Below, in pieces: positions 12,119 through 26,884 of a DNA stretch of 64,000 bases. A program made the translations under genes and the position numbers. Numbering within the stretch: position 1 is the stretch's first letter; every line of letters starts with the position of its first letter. Below the pieces are notes generated by a model, which had not been told where the DNA came from, made no database searches, and saw only the letters and a program-made list of their open reading frames with translations. This DNA is from the human T2T-CHM13v2.0 reference genome, Homo sapiens. The stretch lies in the NCBI RefSeq assembly GCF_009914755.1, contig NC_060944.1; one strand, 5' to 3'.

Positions 12119-15100
12119 TGGATTGCGGGTCCCTGATGAGGAGCCAACTCTTCTCTAACAAGGAGTAAGAAGGACACAGCCAGCTTGCTCTGCACTCTCT
12201 GTGCCATGCTCCTTCTCAACTAGGTGGCCAGTGGAGCCACAAGAATGGCCAGAGTTCCTTCCCCTCTCCCACTGCAGGAGGAAGAGCTGGGGAGGCGGCC
12301 ATGACATGAATCAACACAGGTGGCTTCAAGTAGGGCAAGCGTCCTCCATTCCTTATGAACTTTCTCAGGCCACCTTCAAATACCCTTGTCATCTCACTGT
12401 CTTTGTCCCTCCCAACTCCCAGCCCCCAGCCCCCAAGGGTTACAGAGTGAGAGAGGGGCCATGGGGATGGCAGGCAGGGAAGAATGGCACACGGCGTATG
12501 CTCACGAGATGAGGACCCAAGCTGGGGAGCAGGCTTGAGGTGTGCGGTAGAAGATCCTGGCTGGCACCGGTGTCTTCTGGGCAGAGCTGTACACACGGGC
12601 AAGTCTTCCGATGCCCAACTCGTCCAAGTTCTTCGGATAAGAAGTCTGAAAGAATACTCCAGTTCCCAAACCCTGAAGGGAATGCTGCACTCCTTGACCA
12701 GAAATCCTTTACTAAAAACAAACTACACATAGGTGCGCTGAGAGACTGTTGCTCTAGAAGGCACTGAAAACCCTTCATAAATGTAAACACGGCCTTTCCC
12801 ATTCACTTGTAAGGGATAAGTAGCCAGTATTTTAATCACTCTGCAGCTGAAGGCTTGCACCCACTGTGGGTCAACTCTTCGTATTACAGTCATTGAAATC
12901 AAACTTCAAACACCACACCAAAAAGTCATTTGTGATGGCAGGCCACCCCACTCCTTTCTCATGGCTTCTAGCTTGTTTTTAGGAGAAAAGCTAACAGAGT
13001 TTAGAAATCAACCAAAGTGCAATTTTTTTTAAACCCTTAATTACCACAAACTGGTATTTCTTATTGTTTTCTGTGATTCTTTTCTCTGGAGATTGTCCCG
13101 GCAGCTTTGACAGAGCAGTTGCAGCCCACCCTCCTTCCTTCCTTCTGCAAGAGTGGGAAGGAACGCTGGAGTCACAGGAATAGCAAACCCCGAGGCTGTT
13201 CTCCAGTGAGATGCTCTCAGGCACAACTGTAAGTGCTACTGGAAAGACACAAACACTTCTGCAAATGTTAATTGTGCATAAGAATACTGGACACTTTGAG
13301 GAAAAGAATTCTGCTTTCAAGCAGTGATGTTTAATTATATTTTTCACATTTTCCCCACAGGATTTAATTTCTGGAGGAAGGCTTCCCTCTTTCTGGTGAT
13401 ATGTCTTGATGTTACCAAACCATTTCCTATATTTAATCTTGTGGGGCTTTCTGCATTTTCATTTATGCATTTCCCATTTTGTACCCAGTGCACTTCCCCA
13501 TCTTTGATGCTTAGCGAAAGATAGCTTGTGCATCTTTTTGCAAACATATCCATTTGTCTCTCTCTGAATGGGGAAGAATCTGCCTTTTCGGCAATGGAGA
13601 AGGGGAAAACCAAGTCAATGAACTTCAAATTCGCAGTGTTTGGAGAGGTAATCCTTAGGAAAAAACCTCATTATTTCATTTTCAAATACAAGAGTATATT
13701 TCAAATGAGGACAGTCAAAGAAAGGATGTTTTGCATTTAGTCAATTTTGCAAGAGTCACACAGGAGACAGCTTTCTAGAAAGGCATGGGGTAACCTTGGG
13801 AGATGTGCCACAGCCTAGTGCCCAGAGTTCCCGGATGGTAAGTGCACGCATGTGCTATTTGCAGGTAACAAGGATGAACTCACATCCTTCAACCCCTTCA
13901 GTTCAGTCAACTGCCTTTTTGCTCCTTCTACCATTTTAAAGTTTAACAGGGTTCTACTGGATCCCAAATTATCATTCTCAAGGTAACACCCTGGTCAACA
14001 TTAACATCACCCCTCTAACTCAAAGGTACCACTACGGGATCAATTTGAAACAGGATGCTTCAGAAATTTGTAATAATGGGCAACTTTTGTCAATTTGGAA
14101 ATAATTCCCTATGTGCAAAGTTCAAAATTGTGTACCACAGAATCATTTCCTATCTAATGAACTGTCATCAGTAAAAGCAGTCTCAACAGAAAAAAAACCA
14201 AAAACCAAAAAACAAACAAACAAAAAAAAACCAAGAAAGTCAATAGCCAGGTCTTCTTGCATGTGAAAAAGGAGGAATACACAAGGTTTAATTTGCGAGA
14301 ATGAGTCTCTGTAGATTAATGGTCTTTAATTAGTTTTCCCAAAACCTAAATCACCTGTCATGATAAGCTAAGTAAAACTAAAGCAGTTAATTTTGCCATC
14401 TCACTGTCCTTGTCCCTTCCAGCCCCTAGTTAATTTTGCCATGGATTTATTTTGCCTAACTTTTCTACTCCCCTTCTTTTATTTAACATGAAAAAAGAAA
14501 GACCTTTCTGATAAAGTCGGATCTGAATCACTCCTATAGGTGTGTGTCAGATTATGGAAGGAGAAGGGTCTCCTGCGGCAGAGACGTTCAACTGTCAACT
14601 GATGACACCTCAAGGCAACATTTTAATCAAGGCAACATTTTAGGCATTTATAAACGTCAGTGTACTTGAAAACCTAATGCTACTGTTTGAAGCATGTCAG
14701 GCCTGAAGCGCTATGCACATTCTCTTTGAGGGGACAAGGCAAGCCTGTGGCAGGCTCAGAGTATCAGTAAGGAGCCACATCCCCTTAGCACGTGGCTCTG
14801 CATCCCTGACTGCGCACCTGAGGAAATGGGGTCTTGTGGTTTTGTGCTGCAGGAGATGTGTCCAGAAAAAAAAAAATCTTGTCTTTAAAAGTTGAATACA
14901 GAACACCAACGTGACCCTGCACCACAGCTGCTCCCCAAGGGTGCCTCCACCTCTGAGTCTATGGCATGCTCTAGCCGTGAAAGCTTTTGGCTGCTTCTGC
15001 TCAGACTTGGACACATATGCTGTCTACAGCTCTGAGTAGATCAGGGACCAAATTGGGCAGAACTAGCTCTTTCTGCATAGAATTGTAAATAGAATCGGCC

Positions 15101-15789
15101 CTGGGGTGGGATACCCTGTTTGTGTATCTTCAAATCATCCCCCATTATGAGCCACAGAATCTTCTAGATGTCAGTCATTGGGGAAGCCAGCATGACTTGG
15201 TTACTCCCTATTCATATGCCAAAATTAATCACGAGGTTAAATGTGAATCTTTCTAATTCAGCAATAGCAAGGTCTGAGTGGGAACTGGGCGGAAGGTTAC
15301 AATACCAGTGATATCAACAAATTTGGTGCACATATTTATCATGCAAGCAAGACCTAGGAGTGAATGTCAAAACTACTTAAATAAAAAATTGTTTAAGTTC
15401 CTTAGATTTGTCCAACCGACTGCAAAAGTATTTATGTTCATGACACTTCAATTTGAATTGCCTAAAGTGGTCAGCTTGGCGTTACTTTGTTATTTGATGA
15501 CTTGGAAGTAATAAAATATCCATTTGCTAATTTTCTTTCACTCTTTTAAATTAGTCCAAATCAATGGAGTTTCCATTTGTTATCCTAATTCTGTCATCTG
15601 TCTTATCTTCACTCCAGAAAGGAATTCTGTTGTTTAGATGTGACTTTTCACTTGCTTTTCAACTTTCCCTCATGTTTTATTCAGAATCAGCTGCCTTTAA
15701 ATCAGATTGGAAGTATGTACTTCACGTACACATATGAGGGACTGTAATGAGTCCGAATGACATGGTTTATTCCTCTGCTGTAACCATGA

Positions 15790-15930
15790 GCTGGAATGAA
15801 ACTCAAGAGACCATCCAGTACCACAGCTTCATTTTCAGATGGACAGACTGAGGCCTAGAGAGGCAAAACGACTCCCATGTTATGACCGGCCTTGGCCAGA
15901 GCTTGCTAGTAGTACTCAAACTCCAAACTC
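15790..15930 (-). mobile_element. MIR-family SINE relic
   Basis: Core cattttcagatggacagactgaggcctagagagg. Confidence 0.6.
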
Positions 15931-16634
15931 AACTATAATTACTTAAGGTGAGGATTAGAATAGAAGGATCTTCTGATTTCAGCACTTCTTACAAACACAT
16001 GTCTATTTATTCTTGCCAAACCTTCTGTGTGATTTTAACAAAATGCTTACCAGGAGCCTAGTCTCCAATACCGGCCTCAAAGGCCAAGAGATAGATTATC
16101 TGGTCAGTTTGAAGAGAAACCACTTAGTTTACTCAGCAAATGAGGGACCATCTTTAGGGCTTAAGACTCCTCTTAAATAAATGACCTATGGTTAATTATT
16201 ATCTACCCAGCTCTTATCCCTTAATCTCTAGTTTGAAATTCTCTGGTAGTAATTGCTCCTAAACCTATTCCTGTAATCACAACTGCAGACAAAAGCAGGT
16301 CCTTCTGCAGCAAAAATGTCCTCATTTTTTTTCACACTATACTATGATATTTAATTAGTGCAATACTAGTTTTCCTCCTTATAGGGATAATTGCACGTTT
16401 ATGCATATTTTTCAGGTTGGAGAACTTTGTTGTGAAGGCATTCTCTAGAAGATGGAATGCAAACATGTTCTGTTAACCATTCATTTACGACTTCAATCAT
16501 TACTATCACTGCATCTTCTGCAACACAAATGCTGAGTTATACATTATGCATATTTCCAAGAACATTAGATCAATGTTTAAACAGACTAGTATGAATGATC
16601 ATGTTACAGACTTAAAATAAGCTGAGCTACAGGG

Positions 16635-17783
16635 TAGATGCCATAACTTCATTTAATATTGATAGCAGCTCAATTTAAATTTTGAAAAAGCAAATACATT
16701 TAATAAAATTGGTGTGAATTATTACATATTTTGATGGAACTACTGTACAGAATGTATACATATATAAATCTATAGATAGAATTATATACATTTGAGTATA
16801 TACCACATACATATTTTTTCCACTCACATTTTTCTCTTTAGTAAAACAAAGCAGTTTTACTGTACACAGAAGTGCAATGCTACATTAAGTCCTGAGTAAT
16901 TTAAGGTATCATTAATAAACTGCTATAAATTCTAGTTTTCCAGCCAAAGATCCAATAGATTCTGTAACAAAAAATGTGAATAATACTTAAAAATATGCAT
17001 TTAGCTTTGCGTTCATTTTGTGCTTAGCAGAAAAAGCTCAAGAATGCACAGTAGCCATTTAGATTTGGGAGAATGTTCTTGAATATTCAAGGTTAAATAA
17101 ATATCCTAATTGTAGGGATTTATAGAAGTTTTAAGTAATGTTGTCTACATCCAATTTGTCAAGCATGGAAGACTACAGTCATGATTGGATCAAAAAATCC
17201 CTTTTGCAGAATATGAAATTCTGTGTAAACATCAGTGTTTGGGTTTTATATAAAAGTTCTGATTCAAATGAGGGAAAAAAAGAAAAAAATACAATGAAAT
17301 AATTTAAAATGCTTTTCTTGGAATATAGCCAGCCACATGGAAGAAATATAAAAAATACGAGTATATTTTGGTGAAAGAGGAAACCAGATGAAAGTCATTT
17401 AAGGGTGGTCTGGTAAGCCACCCACTTTGGGAGGTCCCAGGCTGGCTGGGCTCAGGGAACCCACGATGGCCCAACCACATCTATCTTGCCACAGGGGACG
17501 AACTTTGCTGCGCAGTGAGAAGGAAGCACTGTGGGAAAAGGCCACGTTCAACCGCAATGGAACGGTAACGGCTGCCTGTCAGGGCCACATCAGCAGGCAG
17601 AGCATCCCATCCCCAAACTCAGGCACTAGGTATGGAAACGTGAGGTGGCCCGGGCCCGCTGCTGCATGTCTGTCTTCAGCAGGAGGAGGCAGACCCGGAT
17701 CCTCGCATGGGGGAGCTGCCCTGCATCGGAGCCCGCTTCGACGAGAAGGCACTGCTGTGGTGGTTCCTCCATCACCCCTGGCT
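16635..17783 (-). other. KIF16B: KIF16B 3'UTR (3' end approximate)
   Basis: Follows the stop codon, repeat-free, GC-rich proximally and AU-rich distally, ending in polyA signals. Confidence 0.8.
16652..16704 (-). terminator. Polyadenylation signals (two ATTAAA) of KIF16B
   Basis: tttaat at 16652-16657 and 16699-16704 on + (ATTAAA on -), several UGUA elements upstream and U-rich sequence downstream. Confidence 0.7.
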
Positions 17784-17942
17784 CTACCCCGTCCCGTGGC
17801 TGCTGTAGTCAAAGACTCCTTTCTTGAAGAATGGTGAAAACTCACAAATGGTATGTTTCGAGAGAGTCAGTCCCACTTTGTTGATGTGGAGGGGAGATGT
17901 TGCGGACTGGAGCATCACGCTGAAAAAGTCCCTGAGGTATTT
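17784..17942 (-). CDS. KIF16B: KIF16B terminal exon, coding part (end of PX domain and C-terminus)
   Basis: Acceptor tcttgtctcttccacag|AAATAC. 159 nt = [52 protein letters not shown] + TAG (cta at 17784-17786), in frame with the upstream exon. Confidence 0.97.
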   Translation of the reverse strand, partial: KYLRDFFSVMLQSATSPLHINKVGLTLSKHTICEFSPFFKKGVFDYSSHGTG

Positions 17943-17976
17943 CTGTGGAAGAGACAAGAGTTAAGAACATGGTCAA

Positions 17977-18231
<255 letters not shown>

Positions 18232-19192
18232 GAATACGGTCAAGGTACTGTTGGATGGTGTCAAGAAGAGAAAAAATTTCCAGAAACAACTTCCCACCCA
18301 CCTGGAAAGTGCTATCATTGTCATTAAAACCAGCACGTGAGGAATGCCCTCCACTGTCCCACCTATCATCAGACCAACCAGAGAAGACGGAGTCACAAAA
18401 TACATATGCACAGAAGAAATATCTTTGGCTCAGCACTGATTCTGGGCAGCACTGTCTCAGATCTACAGCAGACAATGCCTAGGAAAATGTCAAGGGTGCC
18501 AGGCACAGGGGATCTGCCTCTCAGCCACAGTGTCACTAGTTAATCTCTTATTTAAAAAAGTCATTTCCTCCCCGCTCCCAGTTACTCATTAAATAGAAAG
18601 ATGATTAAAAAAAAAAAACAAAAAAAAAAGGCCGGCCATCTGTACAAGGTTAAATGTGCTGCTTACTGGTATTTTAAAATTGCACAGTCAGTATCTGTTT
18701 TGAATCCTTCTTATAAAATAAAGGGAAAGCAATACTGAGGACAAGAGGGTCAGTTCCAAGTACTGATATTTACAGATCTTTTTGCATGTCCTATAATCAT
18801 CAACAAAAAGGAATCCTTACTACAATTACTTGCTCCAGACCCCTGCTGCATGTTTGTTGCAACATTATCTGCCGTTTTTGGCACTGAGAAAGCAAAGCAT
18901 ATGTGAGACTAGGCTCTGGGAACTGGGGATAAAATCAGATGTGGGAGCTGGAGGGATGTGTTCAAGGAAAAGAGGGCACACAAGAATAGTTAATATATTT
19001 TAGGCCAGGCAAATCTCATCTGTAACAGAAAATGGGCTGGAGGGAAGGGGTTAGACCCAAACCTTTATTATTGTCTCAGTGTGCTTAAAAAACCCAAACA
19101 ACCCTGGCACAGTCTTAGGAATTACACATAATAATTCTGGACTCTGAGTAACAACAAAAAATTTGTGAAAGCAACATGGCCTAAGCCTGGAG

Positions 19193-19370
19193 CAGTAGTT
19201 CCCAACAAGAGGCAGTTCTGCCCCATAGAGTGTTCAGCAGTGTTTGGTGGCAGTTTTGAGTGTCACATAGGGGTGCACAGGCAGTGCACCTGGTGGATGC
19301 TGGCCAGGGATGCCAAAGCACAGGACAAAGAATTATCTGGCCCAAATGTCGACGATGCCACAGTTGAGAA
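19193..19370 (+). mobile_element. MER20-like hAT-Charlie DNA transposon
   Basis: cagtagttcccaac...ggccagggatgc...aaagaattatctggcccaaatgtc...gttgagaa. Confidence 0.75.
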
Positions 19371-19563
19371 GAGAAAGTAGAATTTAGCTACCTCTATGAA
19401 TTGCCAACCTGAAATTTCCTTCTGAAAGAAGACATTCTACTCAACGAGAATTTGTTAATTCTCCTTCAAAATATTAATGAGGACTACTAACAACAACACT
19501 TGTAAAATAACTTAGTTTCTAAAAATCTTCTAACATCCAATGTTTTACACTTAATGGAAGTAA

Positions 19564-19905
<342 letters not shown>

Positions 19906-21394
19906 TAAATGTATAACTTCATGAGTGCTGACCCATGTGAAACCACCATTAAATCAAGATAAATATTTGCATCCCCTTCAAAAGTTTCCTAAGGCACCTA
20001 ACTTTATGTTATCCTTACACTTGGCCTGGAATCACATCTTCTTCTGGTATTACCCATTTCCTGGTAAGGAAGCTATTGCCAGGAGAGGTGAGCAAGGCTA
20101 GTAATCTAGAGAGAAGACTTGAAAGCAAGTATTCTCAACTCAAGATGTTTTTTCTTGTTCCATATCCCTAACTTACTGGTCTCATGGTACCCTCTCAAGA
20201 AACGATCCTGAAATTGAAATTAGGTATTGGTAAGAAGTTATGAAAATCAACTGCTGAAAAGTGAAGATCTTAATCTTAGTAATTATTTTTATCAGAGGGG
20301 CAAAGAGAGACCTGACTTCCACTTTTCTGCGGGAAGGGACCCTGAGAATATCAACTTTAAAGGGACTTGAATTGCATCAAACAGGGTCACCAGTATATAT
20401 CGTAGACTACACTCAACCAGCCAATGCTCGCGGTGCAATGCATGTGCACAACTGATTGTTCTGGGAAGATCAAGGGTGAGATGATTTGGAAAACGGGAGA
20501 TGCAGAGCTTGCTGACTTGTGCATGGAGCCACTGCTCTTTCACAGTTTAATGCATGATAGAGCAAGGCTCGCTGCACAGGCCTCATCTCAGGTAGCTCCT
20601 GTGGGCTCCGGCTTCAGGTCTCCCACAGGCTGCATTAACAGGCAGGCTGATGTTTACAGCAAAGCTGACTTCAAGATGAACTCTGACAGACTGGAAGGCA
20701 ATTTAAATCTGGGAGCAGATGTTATATCAGCATTTGTCATAATTAGTACACAAAGTAGGGTCCCTATAAAGGGCCAATAAAGCCTAAAGGGTATAATAAG
20801 AAGAGAAGTAAAAGTTAAAAATATAAATGAAAGGAAAAGAGGAAGTATTTGAGACACCTCCCTTCAAGAGCACCACCATAAGAAGAGAACAATACAACTG
20901 TCAGGTAATGTCTTTTTCTTTAAATAAACTCATTAGTGTTGTTTGACAAAAACTCCAGATAGAATGATCTGATTTGACTAATTCTAAACATTACAGAAGA
21001 GTTTTCTCTTCGCAAAACAAATTTCTGCTTAAGGAGAATTAGGCAGCTTTCGCCTCCTTTACATAGCCTGCTTCCTTGGCGCAAAGAAATGATTTGATTA
21101 GGAAGCGTTCTTTGCAGCGACCTCAAAGTGCTCTAAAGTCTGTTAAGATGAGGCATGACCTTTGTTGGCCATGTCCAGAGCCACATGCTTCAAATGGGCT
21201 GAACAAATTCTGGCAAATGAAAAAAAAACAAGGGACTGGGGCTACAGCTGGGGACACAAGACAGAACTAGAATTCTAGAAAGTTCTTAAGGTCACAGACA
21301 GTGTCTCATTCTTCTCTGAAGCCCCCTATCATCCCTGGAACACTGCCAAGCTTAGGAAACGTGCTGAGAAGAAACCTTGCTGATTTTAATTAGT

Positions 21395-21770
21395 TATCTT
21401 TTTTTGAATTAAAGTATATGCACAGAAAACCACACACAAGTGTACAGTTGAATACAGTTTCACAAAGTTAATATATCTATGCCATCAGCATCTAGATATG
21501 AATTATACAACACTTCCAGCCCCCAGGCAGCCCTCCTCGTACTCCCTCCTCCGGTACAAACCTTCCCTCAAGGGCAATCGCTATTCTGATTTCTAGCACC
21601 AGAGATTCGAATTGCCAGTTTTTGAACTTCATATGAGCGGAATCATTTGGGATATACTCTTTTGTGTCTGGCTTCCATGGCTTAATGCCGTGTCTGTGAG
21701 ATGCGGCCATGCTGTGCGCATAGCTGTGGTCTGTTGAGTACCAGCACTGTGCAGTACTTCACATCTGAAC
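21395..21770 (-). mobile_element. Old L1 (L1ME-like) 3' fragment
   Basis: ctattctgatttctagcaccagagatt...gccagtttttgaacttcatatgagcggaatcat...tgtctggctt. Confidence 0.7.
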
Positions 21771-21987
21771 AAAACCACCGATTGGCTTTAACACAGGGAT
21801 AAGCGTTGGTCACCGCTTTGGTCCTTTAGTCTGAACTCTTCTTCACTAATGAAATCTACTTCCCAATATTACTGGTGTCTGATGAGTCAAGTTTATCACT
21901 ATCCTTCCAATAAAGAAGTTTCCTGTAGAGATTTACACTCAAATCTAAGCTTAGCCAATGTACTTGAACTCTGCTATTTTATGTACA

Positions 21988-22014
21988 TATTATATATATA
22001 TATATATATATATA
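21988..22014. repeat. (TA)n microsatellite
   Basis: Seen directly. Confidence 0.9.
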
Positions 22015-25000
22015 AAATATTTAAAATATACATACTTACCTAACAACACACATTCATATTAGTAATTTTTATTGCCTGTGCTCACAATGTTTTCCACAGC
22101 ATCTGTGGCTGAAGCGAGAAAATTAAAATCCCCCTGTCAAAGCTATCCCTTGTTGTTGACCCCAAAGTCACCGTAGCCCTCCCAGGATGTGAAAAATCAG
22201 TCCAGGTGTCAAGCTGCATCTCCCCAGGTCAGCACGCTTTATAAAAGAGCATTGCGAAAACTGAAGGATATTAGGAGTTTAAGTGACTTATCCAGGTCAG
22301 AAGGGCAAAGTGGGAAAAAGATTTGTGAAATCCAATATCCAATCTGTTTCTGACTTTCACAGGACATTTTCTCCATTATAAAAAGAAATAAAAGCAGGCG
22401 TATTTAAATCTCTAGCACGTCAGGGACCACAGAAGGCCTGCAGCTCTTGTTCACCTGGTGGACAGTGACACACCTGAGTCTTTGCTTTGTCAAATGTCCT
22501 GTGTCAGGGCCACTGAGAACAGCAAAAGCACCTCCTAGGGTTGCACAACATTATGGCCCTGACTTGGATAGTTGGAGGAGGAAAGTCAGATTAAACCAAA
22601 TCTTCTTTCAATACGATTGCAAACCAGAAATAAGATGGGATGGCGGAGCCAAAGGGGGCCTAGGAGAGGGTCTGTCTGACAGTGAGTGATCATGGGAAAG
22701 AGAAGAGGCCGAGAGAGACAGGGGGCCACAGAGAGACAGAGGGGGCTGTCTAGGGGAGGACAAGAGAAACAGGGCTGGGATGGAGGGGAAGACAAAAGAG
22801 GTGGAAATGAAAAGGAAACCAAACCAGCACAACAACGTTGGAGACGGGTACCCATGATTTATTTGTTTACCAAGCTGGCAAAAAGAATTTAAGAATAATA
22901 AGAAATATATCAGATATCTATCTAGGTTATTTACTTTTTGTGACTTGGACCAATACTGATGTAGGTGTTTTCTTATCAATACTTTCAGAAAATCAAATTT
23001 AGATGGCTAATCTTTACGGTATATTTCAGTGCTGACATAGAGTACCTCGATTTCATGAATTGCCTTTCTTCTATAGGTTTTGGGCATATTTTGTTGCTCA
23101 GGGGCAGTGAGCAGGGGTTACAGGTAACTGGGAGACATGGACCCCCATGGGTCTGTTCCAAAGAAAGTGTGACCCTGGCACATGATGTTTAAAATCTCCC
23201 CAAAACAAACAAACACAAAATCCTGTACAGGACTATGAGCTTTTAAAGTGGAGGCCAGAAGACACGAGCAGAAGAAGGGGGGATGTGGTGATATGAGAGA
23301 CACCCTAGACTCAGGCTCCTGCCTGCTACCCACAGCACCCGCCATCCCCTGCTTCTCAGTCAGGTCCCCTCTGCTGAGCCACACGGTCTCTCACCGGGCA
23401 AGTCTGTCTACACCGGGCATCTTAGCTGCTTGGGTCAGATGCACTGCCTTTCCTAGGCCTGATGGTGCTTTCGTGGGGACCAGCAGGCACTGGTTCTTCA
23501 GAGTTAAAAGTTCTTTACAAACACGGGGAAGGTCCTGTTTCTCTGCAAGGCTCACGCTCTTCTACAGGGAGCCAAGGCAGCTCAGGGAATGCTTCGGTAT
23601 CTCCCTTACAGTGCCTTGGTGGGCACTGGCCATTCTCTGACTGCCCTGTACCCATTTCCCTTCCCAAACAGCAGCCCAATCCCCTTCTGAAGAAACACCT
23701 TTCCCCTCTCTGGGAATTGGTTAACTGGTTGACTTAAGGCATAGGACAGATAAGCTTTTCCCATGATATTCTGGGTGGACACCTTACAGCCAAAGAGCTA
23801 ATCAAGCTACTAGCGCTTGGAGTCTCCTGGAACCAAGGGTCCTTTGGGGGACACCTCTTCCAGATTGTGTAGCTGCTGTTATGGAGCATTTTCAAGAGTT
23901 TGAGAAATTCAGGAAAGCTGGGCAGTTTCAGGAGAGCCTTTGGTCTCTGTCCATTCCCAAGGCTAGGAGCGAATGATTCCATCTGTTTACTGTGGTGACA
24001 GTCATTTTCTACTGTTTACCATCAAGTTAACTAACAATAATCTCACAGCGCTGGCAGGGGGCAGACAAGGGTCAGGAATCAGAAGAAACCTTCCTTGTAG
24101 AACACAATCAAGCTCCTCCAGGGCTAGTCTATGCTAAGATGGAGGTATCTGCCTATCACGCTCTTCTCTTAGGAAAAGGTCGATCCTAGGAGGCTCTGGA
24201 GAATCACATTTCAGATAGGTCAGAGTATCCCGGTGGTCCATCCACAGCTAGGCCTGAAGCTGGAAGGCTCCTGCCCCAGACCCTGATCTACACATAGCCC
24301 AATCTTTAAATTTCCAATGCCATTTCAAAAGACAACTACTAAACACTATCAATCTTTTGAACCAAAACACAGGCTAATATGGTCTACTGGCTGTGTTAAT
24401 AAGTTGTGAAAGGCAAAATGAACTCCCTACAGCAATACAGAGTAATTCAGCAAGAATTTAGTCCATTATATTAGAGCTTTAGCATGGCACCTCAATTAGT
24501 TTATGCATCAGGAAAAAAAATTGAAAATATAATTTGCTGCTACATGCTATTCCATTTAGACATTCTTGAAGGTCATTATATTACTATGATTCATGTGTGA
24601 CCTACAATACAATTTCAGTCTGAGCTCTGCCTGAAAGGAAACATGCTTTGGAGTTACTGGAAAAATGTGGGCAAAATCTGGCCTTTAGGCAGCTTCTTTT
24701 GGGTTTTTCTTTTGAACTGTAAATCTTTTGGGTGAAATGCTGGTTTGCTCACAGGAACTAACCATGGATTTCATAGTCCATCCTGGCAAAAACCTGTGAA
24801 GTCAACAAGGAGCTGCATGGTGTGGCTTCCCCCCTCTCTTACACCCATTCCCTTTTAGGTCTGTGACCTTGAAAGAAAGGACAATTTTAGACCAGGGGAT
24901 GGAGGGAAGGAGGGGTGGTGTCCAAGTTCAGCTAACAGTCTGAGCAAGAGAGCAAGGCCAAGGCCAGCCTGTGCAAGGATCTGGGTGGGAAACAGCAGGA

Positions 25001-25365
25001 TGTGAAGCAGAATGCAGAGGGCCTTGAATATGGATTCAGCCTGCAGGTACTTCGTACAAAGTTTCCGGTTCATGAGCTTATGTGAGCCCCTAAGACACCC
25101 TTAGGAGAGGGACAAGAATGGATGTCCTTTGTTTACAGAGGAAGTAACTGAGATTCCAAGGGGCAGTGACTTGGCTAAGGTCAACAGGTCATAAGAGGCT
25201 GACAAAGTGACCAGCTCTTCAAATGTAGGAGAAAGCCATTATTGCCTAATTTAATCCCGAAGGTTCAAGCCCGTAAGCCTGAAATGTAACATGGCCTTTC
25301 TTTGGGGCTGTCCATACTATGCACATGCAGCCTCCCAGAATTTTCCCTGAATTTCAGTCAACTGC

Positions 25366-25376
25366 TGCGCGCGCAC

Positions 25377-25425
<49 letters not shown>
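25366..25425. repeat. (CG)n-(TG)n-(CG)n microsatellite, 60 bp perfect purine-pyrimidine alternation
   Basis: tgcgcgcgcacgcg(tg)n cgcgca. Confidence 0.95.
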
Positions 25426-26522
25426 GAAAATGCAAGCATGAGAATTTGGGCCTTCAGATGCCTTTGAAAGACCTAAGCCTCCTTATCTGCTGGCTCTCTG
25501 CCTTCTATTTTAATTATCAGGGAGATAAAATTGTGACCATTTTATGTTATTAAAAAGTTTCTGTTTTAATAGGGCTCATGACTATAACTGCAGCCTACTG
25601 CTTATTTCATGTGCAATATATCACCTCATCCATATCATTCTAATGATTTTTCCGGCCATCTCATTGTTGTGAGGTCCTCTTTATTTTACAAAATTTTAAC
25701 ATAAATCTATAATTTAATTTAAAGTTACTGAAATTACTAAAATTGAAATGTTCTTTAAAAATATAATGGAACTTTATCCACCTTTCCATAGTGACATATT
25801 AACAGAGAAAGGAGTTCAGTGGCATTCCTCATTCTCAGAAGTCATTAACCACGGTGGCGGCTTAAAGACAAGTATCAGTCTAGTAAGACTTAGAGGTCTC
25901 ATTTAACTCGCAGTACTTGGAAAATGCATCATCCACTGATGGGCCCTGAAGATGGATCAGGCCTGAATGGAGCTACTCAGGGATGTTTCTAGACCTGAAA
26001 GAGTTCAGGTCACCCCTGGCTATGTATCACGCATCGACCCAGTGTGGTCAATATGATCCATCCAGTCAAGTCTTCCCAATTCTAAACTCCCATAAATTCA
26101 AGTCTAAATACCTCTTGTTGGCTTTTTAGGAATCCTAAAGTTTGGCTACACTGGGTCAAATAGGCTGGGTTCCCTTTCCAACATGCTCCCAAATGTGCTC
26201 CACACTCCAAGGAAATCAGGACAGCTTGGTTTGGGTAACTCATCCATCCAGCGCAGTCACTGCACACGTGTTCTCCAAGAAGCAGTAAGCCAGGCCTGGG
26301 TATTGAGCTGAATGAAACAGACACGGTGCCTCCCCTCCTCCCCTCACAGGTGCATGCTGGCTGGCACCATCCTCCACTGCTCAGAGTCTCTCCTTGTTCC
26401 CATGGGTGCTTTGCTCCCATCATCTAGATCCTTCTCATCTTCCAAGGACTGGTTCAAGGTGTGCTGTGTACTGACTCCCTTCTCTTCAGACTTCATTCAT
26501 GCACCCAATAAGTACTTACTGA

Positions 26523-26884
<362 letters not shown>

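Noticed and set aside
18606-18630. A-rich tracts (also 14189-14230) as processed pseudogene tails
   Set aside because: No upstream recognisable retrocopy or TSD.
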